64,000 bases of DNA from Nitrosopumilus sp. (lineage in GTDB: Archaea > Thermoproteota > Nitrososphaeria > Nitrososphaerales > Nitrosopumilaceae). The translations under genes were made by a program, and so were the position numbers. Under the pieces are notes generated by a model. It was given only the letters and a program-made list of their open reading frames with translations, made no database searches and was not told the DNA's origin. Shown here one piece after another: positions 42,791-53,483 of the stretch (the stretch's first letter is position 1; the number at the start of each line of letters is the position of its first letter). The stretch lies in assembly GCA_965203315.1 (NCBI GenBank), contig OZ241857.1, positions 640,001 to 704,000 on the forward strand, read 5' to 3'.

Positions 42791-43184
42791 CAGTTTACCC
42801 AATTGTCTATCCAACACGCCACCGCAGATTTCGGTGGTGGCTCTGGTTCGATATCTGGGCCGATAAACGATTCGGTGTATTCGTATGTCATTTCTAGAAA
42901 AACAAGTGCAGTAATTTGATTGCAATAATCAAAGAGATCGTCTTCGCATTGTATGTTTCGTGCTAGAATCCATGCGTTGTAAAACAATACACCGAAAATA
43001 AACATCAATTCTCGTACTCATCATAGCTAAAAGTCTTTAATCTCATACTAGACGGTATGCGTATTATTAAAAGTGCCCACATCCAATCATCAAACACGAT
43101 AACATGAATCAATTTGCCTCTAGAAATTATACCTGTGTTTTATTGACCTTAAAATGTACGTATGTAAGAAACACACGTACAGTC
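42791..43184. repeat. ~395-bp unit (transposase-like 3' fragment plus MITE A copy 5, 43051-43184), inverted duplicate of 58939-59339
   Basis: Near-identical sequence, including the variant TIR GACGGTATGCG. Confidence 0.85.
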
Positions 43185-43462
43185 GGGTACAGATTTAAAA
43201 ATACTAGATGGATTAATTTATGAAAATGCAATCATTACCAAATATTCGAGTTTATGAGAACGCAGTTTGCGTGGCAAATAGTCATGAAACGGTGTCTTTT
43301 CAACTAGAATCCTGCACGAATCTCGAGTCAGTTATTCGTCAATACATTAATCAAATTAGATGTTTGTGATCGAGTCAGTGATGTATAGTTGAACTATACG
43401 ATATCATTGTAGAACCACAAATGACACAAGGATAAATAGTCCTAAATCGATAGCCTCTATTA

Positions 43463-44632
43463 TTGAGTAACATTGTTCTAAACTCAGAGAATTTGAACCT
43501 AGTCCTAGATGGCAATATGGCATCACAAGAGATGATTCAAGAGATATACCATGACGCGTTGACCAAACCTGAAGAGTTGTTTGCTAGTGCACAATACTTG
43601 AGAACAAAGTTTAAGCAAAACATCGTGACATTCTCAAAAAAGGCGTTCCTGAATGTGATAAACTTGTGTAGAGACACATGTTTGTACTGTACATACAAGG
43701 CTGAGCCGGGCGAAGAAAAAGCAACACTCTTGTCAGAGACGCAGATCAAAGAGATATTGAGCATGGCAAAACGATATCGATGTGTTGAGGCTCTGCTCGT
43801 CACAGGTGAGAGACCAGAACAGCGATATCCACAAGCAAGAGAGTGGCTTGCCAAGAATGGATTCAAGACAACAGCAGAGTATCTGATACATGTATCACAT
43901 TTGGCGCTAGACATGGGACTATTCCCACACACAAATGCAGGCAATCTAGAGTATGATGAGCTATGCGAACTAGGTAAAACAAACGCTTCCATGGGAATAA
44001 TGTTAGAGAACTCGAGTGATAGATTGAGCAGAAAAGACATGGCACATCATCTAGCACCAAGCAAACATCCACGTGCAAGATTAAGAGTCTTAAAGGATGC
44101 AGGCAGACTAGGCATACCAATGACTACAGGAGTCCTTGTAGGCATAGGAGAGACGATACAAGAGATCATCGACTCGATCATCACGATACGCAACCTACAT
44201 CAAGAGTATGGAAACATCCAAGAAGTAATAATACAAAACTTTCAACCAAAGCCAGACACCGCAATGTATAACACAAAGACTCCAGAGACGCAATACTTTA
44301 AGATAATAGTAGCACTATGCAGGATCGCGATGCCAGAGATGAATATTCAGATTCCTCCAAACCTATCGCCATCATCGTATTATGATTTTCTCAAGGTAGG
44401 GATAAATGACTGGGGCGGTATATCACCACTTACACCAGACTTTGTCAATCCCGAGTTTGGGTGGCCAGAGATCTCGAGGATAGACGAGTATGCCACAAGG
44501 GCTGGTTTTCAACTAGAGTGTAGATTTCCTGTATATCCAGAGTTTCACCATATGGTACATAGAGATATCAGAGAAGAGATGAGTCACATAATGGATAGAG
44601 ACGGACTAGTTTGTGAGGACTATTGGCGATGA
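43463..44632 (+). CDS. cofG: FO synthase subunit 1
   Basis: Radical SAM CRDTCLYC, PHTNAG, IPPNL, NDWGGISP. Confidence 0.93.
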   Translation: MSNIVLNSENLNLVLDGNMASQEMIQEIYHDALTKPEELFASAQYLRTKFKQNIVTFSKKAFLNVINLCRDTCLYCTYKAEPGEEKATLLSETQIKEILSMAKRYRCVEALLVTGERPEQRYPQAREWLAKNGFKTTAEYLIHVSHLALDMGLFPHTNAGNLEYDELCELGKTNASMGIMLENSSDRLSRKDMAHHLAPSKHPRARLRVLKDAGRLGIPMTTGVLVGIGETIQEIIDSIITIRNLHQEYGNIQEVIIQNFQPKPDTAMYNTKTPETQYFKIIVALCRIAMPEMNIQIPPNLSPSSYYDFLKVGINDWGGISPLTPDFVNPEFGWPEISRIDEYATRAGFQLECRFPVYPEFHHMVHRDIREEMSHIMDRDGLVCEDYWR

Positions 44633-45858
44633 GATGTATAGATGCATTACTCTCTGATGCTGACCCAATAGTAGCATCCATCTTGAATGCCGCATTGTCA
44701 GGAAGAGAGATATCTGCCAAAGAGGGAGCAGAGCTGTATAGATCTGAGAACGATCTATATCTGATCGGACTGGTGGCAGATGAGCTCCGAAGACAGAGAG
44801 TGGGCGATACCGTAACCTTTGTGATAAATCGAAACATCAACTTTACAAACGTGTGTATAAAACAATGCAAGTTTTGTGCCTTTAGTCGTGACTTTAGAGA
44901 GGATGAAGGATACATATTACCAAATAAAGAGATCGTTAGGCGCGCAAAAGAGGCACATAAACTAGGTGCGACCGAGGTATGCATCCAAGCAGGTCTCCCA
45001 CCCGATATGGACGGTGACACATATGAACGAATATGTAGAGACATTAAACAAGAGATTCCAGATATCCACATTCATGGATTCTCGCCAGAAGAGATATTGT
45101 ACGGTGCAACTAGATCAAATATTACAACAGCAGAGTTTCTCGCCAGATTGAAAGAGGCTGGAGTCGATACACTACCTGGTACATCAGCAGAGATTCTGAA
45201 TCAACAACTACGTGACAAGATATCACCTGGAAGAATCAGTGTCAAAGAGTGGCAAGAGATAATCACACAGGCACATAAACTCGGCATAAAGACTACTTCG
45301 ACTATGATGTTTGGCCATCTAGAAACAATAGAGGACAGAACCCAACACATTGCAAAGATTAGAGATATTCAAAAAGAGACAAGAGGGTTTACCGAATTTG
45401 TGCCTCTCAACTTTGTTGCATCAGAAGCGCCAATGTACAAACACCAAACATATGCAGGAATTCGAGATGGCGCCACAGGAAGAGATGTCTTGTTGACGCA
45501 TGCGATATCGAGAATAATGCTGAACAATATTCCAAATATACAAGTATCATGGGTAAAGGAGGGCCACAGTATGTCCCAGCTGTTATTGACATGGGGTGCA
45601 AACGACTTTGGTGGAACTCTCATAAATGAGAGTATATCTACATCGGCGGGTGCAAGATATGGTCAACTTGTTAGACCAAGAGAGATAAAACAACTCGTAA
45701 ACGAGATAGGGAGAACTCTGGCACAGCGAGATACATGCTATAACATAATACAAAAATATGACAACGACGAGTATACCGAGTTAGACACGGTAAACCAAGA
45801 TCAGTTTGGATCATATGCAGATCTGATAAAGATCAAAGAATTTCGGTACATAAAGTAA
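44623..45858 (+). CDS. cofH: FO synthase subunit 2
   Basis: NRNINFTNVCIKQCKFCAF, PGTSAEIL, GANDFGGTL. Confidence 0.93.
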   Translation: MAMRCIDALLSDADPIVASILNAALSGREISAKEGAELYRSENDLYLIGLVADELRRQRVGDTVTFVINRNINFTNVCIKQCKFCAFSRDFREDEGYILPNKEIVRRAKEAHKLGATEVCIQAGLPPDMDGDTYERICRDIKQEIPDIHIHGFSPEEILYGATRSNITTAEFLARLKEAGVDTLPGTSAEILNQQLRDKISPGRISVKEWQEIITQAHKLGIKTTSTMMFGHLETIEDRTQHIAKIRDIQKETRGFTEFVPLNFVASEAPMYKHQTYAGIRDGATGRDVLLTHAISRIMLNNIPNIQVSWVKEGHSMSQLLLTWGANDFGGTLINESISTSAGARYGQLVRPREIKQLVNEIGRTLAQRDTCYNIIQKYDNDEYTELDTVNQDQFGSYADLIKIKEFRYIK

Positions 45859-45879
45859 CCGCATCGTATAAAAAATCAG

Positions 45880-47377
45880 GATTCTGTAAACTTGGCTGAT
45901 GGTGTCGGTTTTTTCATAAACTTGTCAAATGTTTAATATTGCACATAAAAAACACATCAAATGTATTACAATTACTGCCACAAAACAATATTATTCTGTC
46001 TCTTTAGATACATTGTTTTTAAATAATAATGTGTCATGTTGCTAAAAATTATAAAAGTATGTATCATAATTTTGCAATAATATAACAAAATGTAAAGATC
46101 TACATACTAGTAATTTTCTAGGAATTGTATGGTTAGAAAAACAACTTGCAAAATAAATTCTCATAAAGAAGAATATTAGATAATCAAGATAAACCAAAAT
46201 GAATACACCGTTAAAGACAAACAACAAGGAACACCATATCATGTACATGTTGAAGGAAATATTTTTCGTGTTCTTATGATGACAAGACAGTAATAAACAT
46301 ATGCAAACACAGTATGCTAGTTTACTCTGTAATCAAAAAATTTATCATAAACCACATAATTGAACCACAGTCTGTTAACTGCTGTCCAAAGTGCAAATGT
46401 AAAAAATACATCAAAAACGGCAAGCGTAAAAAGAAATTGGGATCCGCTCAACGCTACCTTTGCAAGTCATGTGGTCATAGATTCACGGATAATTTGGGGT
46501 TCGAGGGCATGAGAATGACGCCAGAGATTATAACGGATGCAATCTAATCGTTCTTTACACACAAAAGTCTTCGGAACATTGCAGAAGGATTTGAACAAAA
46601 AGGCATTTCAATATCACATACTGCTATATGGAAATGGGTTCAAAAATACATTCCAAGAATAGTAAAGTACCTGTCAAAATTTGTGCCAAATTTGAGTGAG
46701 AAATGGCACGGCGATGAAACATACATAAAAGTTCTTGGCAAGGGTCACTATCTATTTACAGTAATGGATCATGATACAAGATTTTGTATTGCACATCAAA
46801 TGAAACAACAAAAATACGGTAATGCGCCAACAAGACTATTTAGAAAAGCTAAACAAGCTGCAAAGACAGTACCAAAAATATTTGTATCTGATTCATCACG
46901 TTCATTTGCTAAAGCATTTAGAAAAGAATTCCTTGAGAAAAATCCTACAAACAAACGTGTCAAACACATAAGAGAAACTCATCTGCGCAATCAACGATCA
47001 AACAACAACATAGAAGAGCGTTTTAATGGATGGCTCCAAGACAATTTTAAAGTATACAGAGGTATGAAAAAATCTGACAGTACAATTATTTCTGGACTGA
47101 TGATAACTCGAAATTTTATTACACGGCATATGGGTTTAGACGGTGAAATACCTTGTACTATGGCAGGAATTGTAATACTTGGAGACAATAGGTGGAAAAC
47201 ATTAATTCAAAATTCAAGTCTAAAAAAGTGAATTTTAAACTCTAGTTGATAAATAACATCTTGTTTGATAAATATCCAGCATATTGTTAATTTTATGGTT
47301 GAATTTAGATGAAAACAATTTGAGAGATTTAGAAAATTTTGTTTGGTAAAACCACCACCCGCCAAGTTTACAGAATC
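45880..47377 (+). mobile_element. IS6-family element with inactivated transposase
   Basis: 17-bp TIR GATTCTGTAAACTTGGC; in-frame TAA at 46545-47 separates the Zn-ribbon part (46314) from the DDE part (WHGDETY..ERFNG). Confidence 0.85.
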
Positions 47378-47541
47378 GTTGAAAGTACTGTTTATCGACA
47401 AGCAACCGCTAAAAGGAGTAGAAATCGATGATTTGTAAGAAGAATGTTGCATCATGCAGTGGCCGAACAACTTTTTGATCCCACATTTTATGTCGTATCG
47501 GCTAACACTTATATATATTTCATGTCAAATACAATCAGCGG

Positions 47542-47961
47542 TTGTTTATGGAACAGAACTTGTCAAATGTTAAAGAGTTGTTCAAAAGTCCACTTGAAAA
47601 AATGATAACACAAACAGAGCGTGGGAATTTTCTAGGTTGTAGTTATATGGCAACTGATCTAATTAGAGCGTCAATATTGCATAATGATGCAGATATTGTG
47701 ATGATCTTTGAAGTTTTAGAGTCAGTATTTTATCAAACATCTCGTGTGACGCGGTCGTTTAACATCACAGACGAGGTTATGTCTAAATTAAAAAGTGATA
47801 TTATTATAAACCTGCGGCAACTATTGAGTGCATTAGAAAATAATGATCAGGAATCTATCTATGTTAGTCTAAGAGATATTCGTCATGCTGGTACCAAATT
47901 TCAATTCAACGCATTCCACACATTGCCAAAAAACAACTCGAGTAGAATTAGGGGGGACTGA
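47542..47961 (+). CDS. Hypothetical protein heading the MNT/HEPN-like operon
   Basis: TATA-like sequence upstream; 3-bp gap to the next ORF. Confidence 0.55.
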   Translation: MFMEQNLSNVKELFKSPLEKMITQTERGNFLGCSYMATDLIRASILHNDADIVMIFEVLESVFYQTSRVTRSFNITDEVMSKLKSDIIINLRQLLSALENNDQESIYVSLRDIRHAGTKFQFNAFHTLPKNNSSRIRGD

Positions 47962-47964
47962 TTA

Positions 47965-48438
47965 TTGGTAATTATGTCAAAGCCGTATAGAGAAGATCAA
48001 GAAATCGAAGACGGATTAAGTTCATATGAATTCCGCTATAAACTAGCATCGGATTTAGAAGAACAAAGTACGAAAAGTACTTTGTCTGATGCAGAAATAG
48101 AAAAAATCGTAAAGATTATGAACCTACACGATACAATTACAAAACAACAAGAGTTCAACATGGACATAAAGTCAAAAGCTATTGAAATATTTGAGCCTCT
48201 TGATTTTGTAAAGCAAATTTGTTATGAGAGCGAATATACGAATAGTGATAATGGACTACTACTTGTAATCTATGAGCATGATGATTTTGAACATTCAATT
48301 AGAACAATATGTGATGGATTTTTATCGTTAGAACGTCAATTTCCAAACATGCATATGGATTTATTATTCGCACATACATCTGAAATCGGACCTGGTGGAT
48401 TAAATAATACTATCACTATTTTTAAAAGGAAAGATTAA
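47965..48438 (+). CDS. MNT-like putative antitoxin, paralog 3
   Basis: LDFVKQICYE..VIYEHDDF. Confidence 0.55.
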   Translation: MVIMSKPYREDQEIEDGLSSYEFRYKLASDLEEQSTKSTLSDAEIEKIVKIMNLHDTITKQQEFNMDIKSKAIEIFEPLDFVKQICYESEYTNSDNGLLLVIYEHDDFEHSIRTICDGFLSLERQFPNMHMDLLFAHTSEIGPGGLNNTITIFKRKD

Positions 48439-48439
48439 C

Positions 48440-48784
48440 ATGTCCTGGTACTATGAAAAAAGTAAATATAATAAAGACACTGCTGATTACTTGTATGACA
48501 AAACACCAAATCACATGGATTGGGAAGTGGTCGTTATATTTTATGCAGCAATACATTTGATTAACTACAAGCTTGAAAAAAAGAACAAACCAGTACCAAA
48601 ACGACATGAAACACGACTTGAGAGTGTTGAGAGATTTTTCCCCGAGATAGCTAGTGAATATCATACTTTGTATAGCTTAAGCAGAGCTGCACGATACTGT
48701 AATATAAAAATATCTAAAAATAGCAGAGACTTTGCAAAAAAGTGCCTCTCGTCGATAGAATCACAATTAGAAAAACGTGGTTGA
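48440..48784 (+). CDS. HEPN-like putative toxin (intact)
   Basis: DW..FYAAIH, KRH, SRAARY motifs. Confidence 0.65.
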   Translation: MSWYYEKSKYNKDTADYLYDKTPNHMDWEVVVIFYAAIHLINYKLEKKNKPVPKRHETRLESVERFFPEIASEYHTLYSLSRAARYCNIKISKNSRDFAKKCLSSIESQLEKRG

Positions 48785-48901
48785 AGAATCAGTTTATTCT
48801 AGTCATACCTATAAACAGTACTTTCAACTGTCTGCTCATTAACAAGCCGCAACAGCAATCTTTGGCGGAGGCCATTTTTCTCAAGAGTTAGATGCGATCT
48901 A

Positions 48902-49070
48902 GGTTCTTTTAACTTAGCAGGTGGTCGATAGTTTTCACGCAACATTCTCTAAAAATTTTACAAGTTATGAAAAATGTCTAGATCGCCCATTGTGGATTAT
49001 TACCATAAGCTGCATACAGTACGTTTCTTGAAATACTTGTATCTTAACCCCCCGATAAATTAAAAGAACC
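48902..49070. mobile_element. MITE family D (IS6-like ends)
   Basis: TIR GGTTCTTTTAA; second copy at 61499-61812. Confidence 0.8.
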
Positions 49071-49082
49071 AAAAAATCAAAA

Positions 49083-50006
49083 CTATCTAAAGAAGACAAG
49101 AGTCAGATAGATCACATATCCAGCAACGAGACATGTACCTACAACTCGTCCTATAGCACCCGTCTTGAGTGCCATAAACAGTGATGCACTAAACAAGATC
49201 ATTATTGTATAATCCACATAGACATCTGATGATATCAATACACCTCCCAATAATGAACCCACACCCATAATCATCAATATATTGTAGATGTTGCTGCCGA
49301 TTATGTTACCGACGCCGATATCTGTATGTCCTCGACGTATAGCCATTATCGATGTGATGAGTTCAGGTAATGAAGTTCCGATTGCAATTACTGTCAGTCC
49401 GATGAGTTTCTCGCTCAAACCAAACGTTTCAGCAAGTATGACCGCATTATCGACAGTAAATATTGCACCTACATACAAAAAGCCGATACCCAAACCTACA
49501 AGACCTATTGGTTTTCCAAGTCCAGTATGTTCTGCAACATCAGTTATGTCTCGATGTCGCATTGCGCTGCGATACGTATAGTATCCAAATATCGCCAAAC
49601 CTGCAAGCAAGATTGCTCCATCATGTGTAGCGAGTTCACCATCCAGAGATACAACAACTAGCAGTATTGACACAGCAATCATCACAGGAATCTCACGACG
49701 TAACATTGTACGTTCTATTGCAAGAGGTATCAAGATACCAGTCACTCCTATTACCATTCCAATATTGGCTATATTGCTGCCTATCACATTTCCAAGAATT
49801 ATTGCACTGTGTTCACCAGCAGCTGCTATACTAGCTGCTAGTTCTGGCGTAGATGTACCATATGCTACTATGGTCATCCCTATTACCAGATTACTGATTC
49901 GAAACCTTTTAGCGATGGATGCACCACCACCAACTAGCCAATTTCCTCCAAAACACAACATAACGATACCCAGCAATGTAAGCGCAGCGCTGATTACTAC
50001 TTCCAC
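49083..50006 (-). CDS. Calcium/sodium antiporter (YrbG/NCX family)
   Basis: Two alpha repeats GTS(T/L)PE..GN(V/I)IGSNI. Confidence 0.92.
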   Translation of the reverse strand: MEVVISAALTLLGIVMLCFGGNWLVGGGASIAKRFRISNLVIGMTIVAYGTSTPELAASIAAAGEHSAIILGNVIGSNIANIGMVIGVTGILIPLAIERTMLRREIPVMIAVSILLVVVSLDGELATHDGAILLAGLAIFGYYTYRSAMRHRDITDVAEHTGLGKPIGLVGLGIGFLYVGAIFTVDNAVILAETFGLSEKLIGLTVIAIGTSLPELITSIMAIRRGHTDIGVGNIIGSNIYNILMIMGVGSLLGGVLISSDVYVDYTIMILFSASLFMALKTGAIGRVVGTCLVAGYVIYLTLVFFR

Positions 50007-50046
50007 AACATTACCGTTGATCTAGACATTTTAAATTATAGTGATC

Positions 50047-50214
50047 GATTCGGTTCAGTTGAGGGGGGTTGAGATCGTTATGACGTTATCTCAAAGAACG
50101 CACAATATCTGACTCAACAGTAGCAATTTACGATGGTCAGTGAGGCCGTTTCCATATTTTGCAAAGTGTCGAGAATTTTGTGCAGATGCCAACCCCCATC
50201 AATTGAATATAACC
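50047..50214. mobile_element. IS6-type MITE (family C) copy 2
   Basis: Inverted homolog of 19076-19256; 8-bp TSD TAGTGATC (50039-46 and 50215-22). Confidence 0.85.
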
Positions 50215-50472
50215 TAGTGATCTTGATCACAAACTAGTAGACCACATATCTTGTATCTTTTGTCTATAAAATGTAGCGACTTGGTCGATTCACAGCTAGT
50301 TACAAGTATAGTGGGTATGCCATAGTGTGTATACTAGTCGTGAACATAATAGTTCCTAGTGTTGTGTCATAATTTGGCGTCATCTGTTCGGTCAGATGTA
50401 AATTCCGTCTCCGATATCACATGTGCGAGAGTAAACAAGAAGACAGTTCCGTTCGTGATTATATTCAAGAGT

Positions 50473-51600
50473 CTAGTTGATGGTTGGTCGCTCTTGTAAT
50501 GTTATCGTTATACTCATCTCTACACCGTCCCGCAAGATGCCTAGTGTCATCTCATCTCCTACAGTCTTGGCCCTTTGTAGATGAATCAATATGTCGTCGA
50601 TCTTTCTGACATCGATACCATCTACAGACAAGATGACGTCGCCTCCTATCATGTATGTAGCATCATCTACTGTTATCGTACTGCTAGAACCAATCAGACC
50701 AGCTCTTGATGCAGGACTGTTATCGACTACGCTGATCACTAAAAATCCTACTGCATCATCGAGGTTTAAGATATTGGCCAAATCTGGATCAATATCTCTG
50801 CCAGATATTCCAATCCATGGATGATTGTACTCGCCATCTTTGATCAGTATTGGAACTATCTTTGCAATAGTCTGTGACGGTACGGCAAAACCAACGCCAG
50901 TGAATTCGCCAGTAGTTGATTGGATGGCAGTGTTGATCCCCACAACCTCGCCCCTCTGATTCAAGAGTGGACCACCAGAGTTTCCAGGATTTATGGCAGC
51001 GTCGGTTTGTATTATATCTGGAATAGAATAGCCAGAACCGGATGGTAGTAACCTTCCCAGCTGACTAACGATTCCCGATGTCATGGAACCTGATAACCCA
51101 AATGGATTTCCTATAGCAGATATCTCTTCTCCAACTTTGAGATTTCCAGAGTCTCCCAATTGAAGCGGATGTAACAACGAGAGATCAGCGTCCACTTTTA
51201 CCACTGCAATGTCGGTATATTGATCTGCGCCGATTATCTCTGCATTGTATGACCGACCATCCAGAAATGTAATCACCGTCTTCTTTGATCCATCTACAAC
51301 ATGATGGTTTGTTATAATGTGCCCACGCTTGTCAAACACAAATCCAGAACCGACTCCAAACGGTACCAGTTCGGTATCGTTACGTTGAATGTTTACTCGT
51401 ACTACACCTGGTTCTGTTCTCTCAAATATCTCGATCAGTGTAAGATCTGAATAACTAGATGTATCAGTATAATCTACATTGCCACTTGCTGTAGATAATG
51501 TTGGAATTGATTCTGGTACAGCTATAAACATTGCAACAAATATTACCAGCACGAGTGTAGCTCCAAAAGCTCCTGACAGAATCATGCTGGGTATAGTCAT
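50473..51600 (-). CDS. HtrA/DegP-family serine protease with PDZ domain
   Basis: TNHHV, DIAV, GNSGGPL, PDZ. Confidence 0.95.
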   Translation of the reverse strand: MTIPSMILSGAFGATLVLVIFVAMFIAVPESIPTLSTASGNVDYTDTSSYSDLTLIEIFERTEPGVVRVNIQRNDTELVPFGVGSGFVFDKRGHIITNHHVVDGSKKTVITFLDGRSYNAEIIGADQYTDIAVVKVDADLSLLHPLQLGDSGNLKVGEEISAIGNPFGLSGSMTSGIVSQLGRLLPSGSGYSIPDIIQTDAAINPGNSGGPLLNQRGEVVGINTAIQSTTGEFTGVGFAVPSQTIAKIVPILIKDGEYNHPWIGISGRDIDPDLANILNLDDAVGFLVISVVDNSPASRAGLIGSSSTITVDDATYMIGGDVILSVDGIDVRKIDDILIHLQRAKTVGDEMTLGILRDGVEMSITITLQERPTIN

Positions 51601-51644
51601 CGATTTATCATGTATGGTTTGTATCTAAAAAGATTACTGATTAT

Positions 51645-51794
51645 GGTTCTGTAAAGTTGTAGGGACCTGAGATGTTAAACTCTAGATCTCAAGGATCAAC
51701 CAAAATCATACTGAGAAAACATAGTTGTGTCGATCTCTTGTAGAGACTCGCATTCTGAATTATGGTCTTCCACTTGTTAAGTCTATCTATTATA
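51645..51794 (-). pseudogene. 3' end and IR of an older IS6-family element that was the insertion target
   Basis: IR GGTTCTGTAAAG at 51645; encodes ..IIDRLNKWKTIIQNASLYKRS; continues at 58688. Confidence 0.85.
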
Positions 51795-51872
51795 GGTTCT
51801 GTATAATCTTCGAGACCTGACATTTTGATATAAAAACCATTAAAGATAGATAGTATTCTAGTTATCATAATA

Positions 51873-53243
51873 ATGCCCACACTAGATTGGATCGGCAAGT
51901 CAGCTGTTAAAGACCATCATAAGACGATCCCCTATCACCTACTAGAAAAAGATGAGAAACTATCCATTGGGAATACCAAAAACATGTTGATACAGGGTGA
52001 TAATTTACTAGCACTCAAGAGTCTCTTACCGTACTATAAGAACAAGATCAAATGCGTGTACATAGATCCACCATACAACACAGGCAATGAATCATGGATA
52101 TACAACGACAAGGTAAACTCACCCACCATCCAAAGATGGATTGACAAGGTGGTTGGCAAACCAGACGAAGATCTATCCATGCATGACAAGTGGCTCTGCA
52201 TGATGTATCCTAGACTATCTCTATTACGAGAGTTGATGTCAGATGATGGTGTGATAATAATCCACATCGATGAACATGAACAAGCAATATTACATTTGTT
52301 AATGTTTGAAATATTTCATAAAAATAACCATCTGGGAACATTGATATGGAATAAGAAAAACCCTAAAGGTGACTCTAAAAAGATTTCATATCAACATGAG
52401 GAAATAGTAATTTTTGCAAAAAATGCTGTTCATTTTGTAGAAAAACATGATTTAAAACGACCAAAAGAACATGCACAAGAAATGATAAAAAAAGCAAAAT
52501 ACTTTTTTTCAAAACTAGATCAAAGCAAAATACCAAACGATATCTTGTACATTACAAAAAAATACAATATTCCATATGACTGGAGTCAAAAGTTTTCTAA
52601 AACTGTAACACTTGGTGACATAAATAAAGAATATTCAATATGGTTGAAAGATCAAAATTTTTCTGCAGGTGAAAAAGCATACTCACATATATCTGAAATA
52701 GGGAGGGTGTACAGACTGGTATCAATGGCATGGCCGAACAAGAAGAAAGCTCCACGGGAATATTTTGTACCATTAATTCACCCAATAACCAAAAAACCAT
52801 GTCCAGTTCCAAAACGTGGTTGGAGATATTCACAGAAAACTATGAATGAACTTTTGCAAACAGATCAAATTCAGTTTGGTAAAGATCATACTACTCAACC
52901 AAACAGAGTATATTTTCTGAATGAAAATATGAATGAAAACATATCTTCGATACTGAATTATGGTGGTAGTGATGATATGATTCTAGAAAAAATGGGTATT
53001 ATTTTTCCTAACTCAAAACCAATAGTAGTTGCAAAGACACTATTGAAGTGGTTTACAGATAATCATGGATTGGTACTAGATTCTTTTGCTGGGTCAGGTA
53101 CTACTGCCCAGGCAGTCATGGAACTAAACAAAGAGGATGGAGGTGATCGTCAATTCATTCTGATAGAAATGGAACATCAAATTACCAAAGACGTGATTCA
53201 TAAGAGGCTAACAAGGGTTATTGATGATTTGTGTTCTACATAA
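51873..53243 (+). CDS. Type III Mod A (TRD variant A, no C-terminal extension)
   Basis: DPPY, LDSFAGSGTT; first 128 aa identical to Mod B. Confidence 0.9.
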   Translation: MPTLDWIGKSAVKDHHKTIPYHLLEKDEKLSIGNTKNMLIQGDNLLALKSLLPYYKNKIKCVYIDPPYNTGNESWIYNDKVNSPTIQRWIDKVVGKPDEDLSMHDKWLCMMYPRLSLLRELMSDDGVIIIHIDEHEQAILHLLMFEIFHKNNHLGTLIWNKKNPKGDSKKISYQHEEIVIFAKNAVHFVEKHDLKRPKEHAQEMIKKAKYFFSKLDQSKIPNDILYITKKYNIPYDWSQKFSKTVTLGDINKEYSIWLKDQNFSAGEKAYSHISEIGRVYRLVSMAWPNKKKAPREYFVPLIHPITKKPCPVPKRGWRYSQKTMNELLQTDQIQFGKDHTTQPNRVYFLNENMNENISSILNYGGSDDMILEKMGIIFPNSKPIVVAKTLLKWFTDNHGLVLDSFAGSGTTAQAVMELNKEDGGDRQFILIEMEHQITKDVIHKRLTRVIDDLCST

Positions 53244-53282
53244 CATTCAAAAATTTATATATTGACTAATCTAACTTAAATC

Positions 53283-53483
53283 ATGGTAACAAAGCCATGT
53301 AGAGAATGTCAAAAAGTACTTGTCACAAATGGAGAATTATGCGATGGGTGTTGTAAGAAAAATACTAGTTTGGGAGCAAAATCTACAGTTAATATGATTA
53401 AATCAACTAAACATAATTCTAAATATATGTCAAAAATTAAAAAATTATTTGAAAATAAAAAAGAGAGAATGAATAGATCATAA
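53283..53483 (+). CDS. Small Zn-finger-like protein
   Basis: CREC..CDGC. Confidence 0.45.
   Translation: MVTKPCRECQKVLVTNGELCDGCCKKNTSLGAKSTVNMIKSTKHNSKYMSKIKKLFENKKERMNRS

Noticed and set aside
51689-51898. 69-aa CDS
   Set aside because: Chimera of the transposon IR and the disrupted IS6 transposase tail
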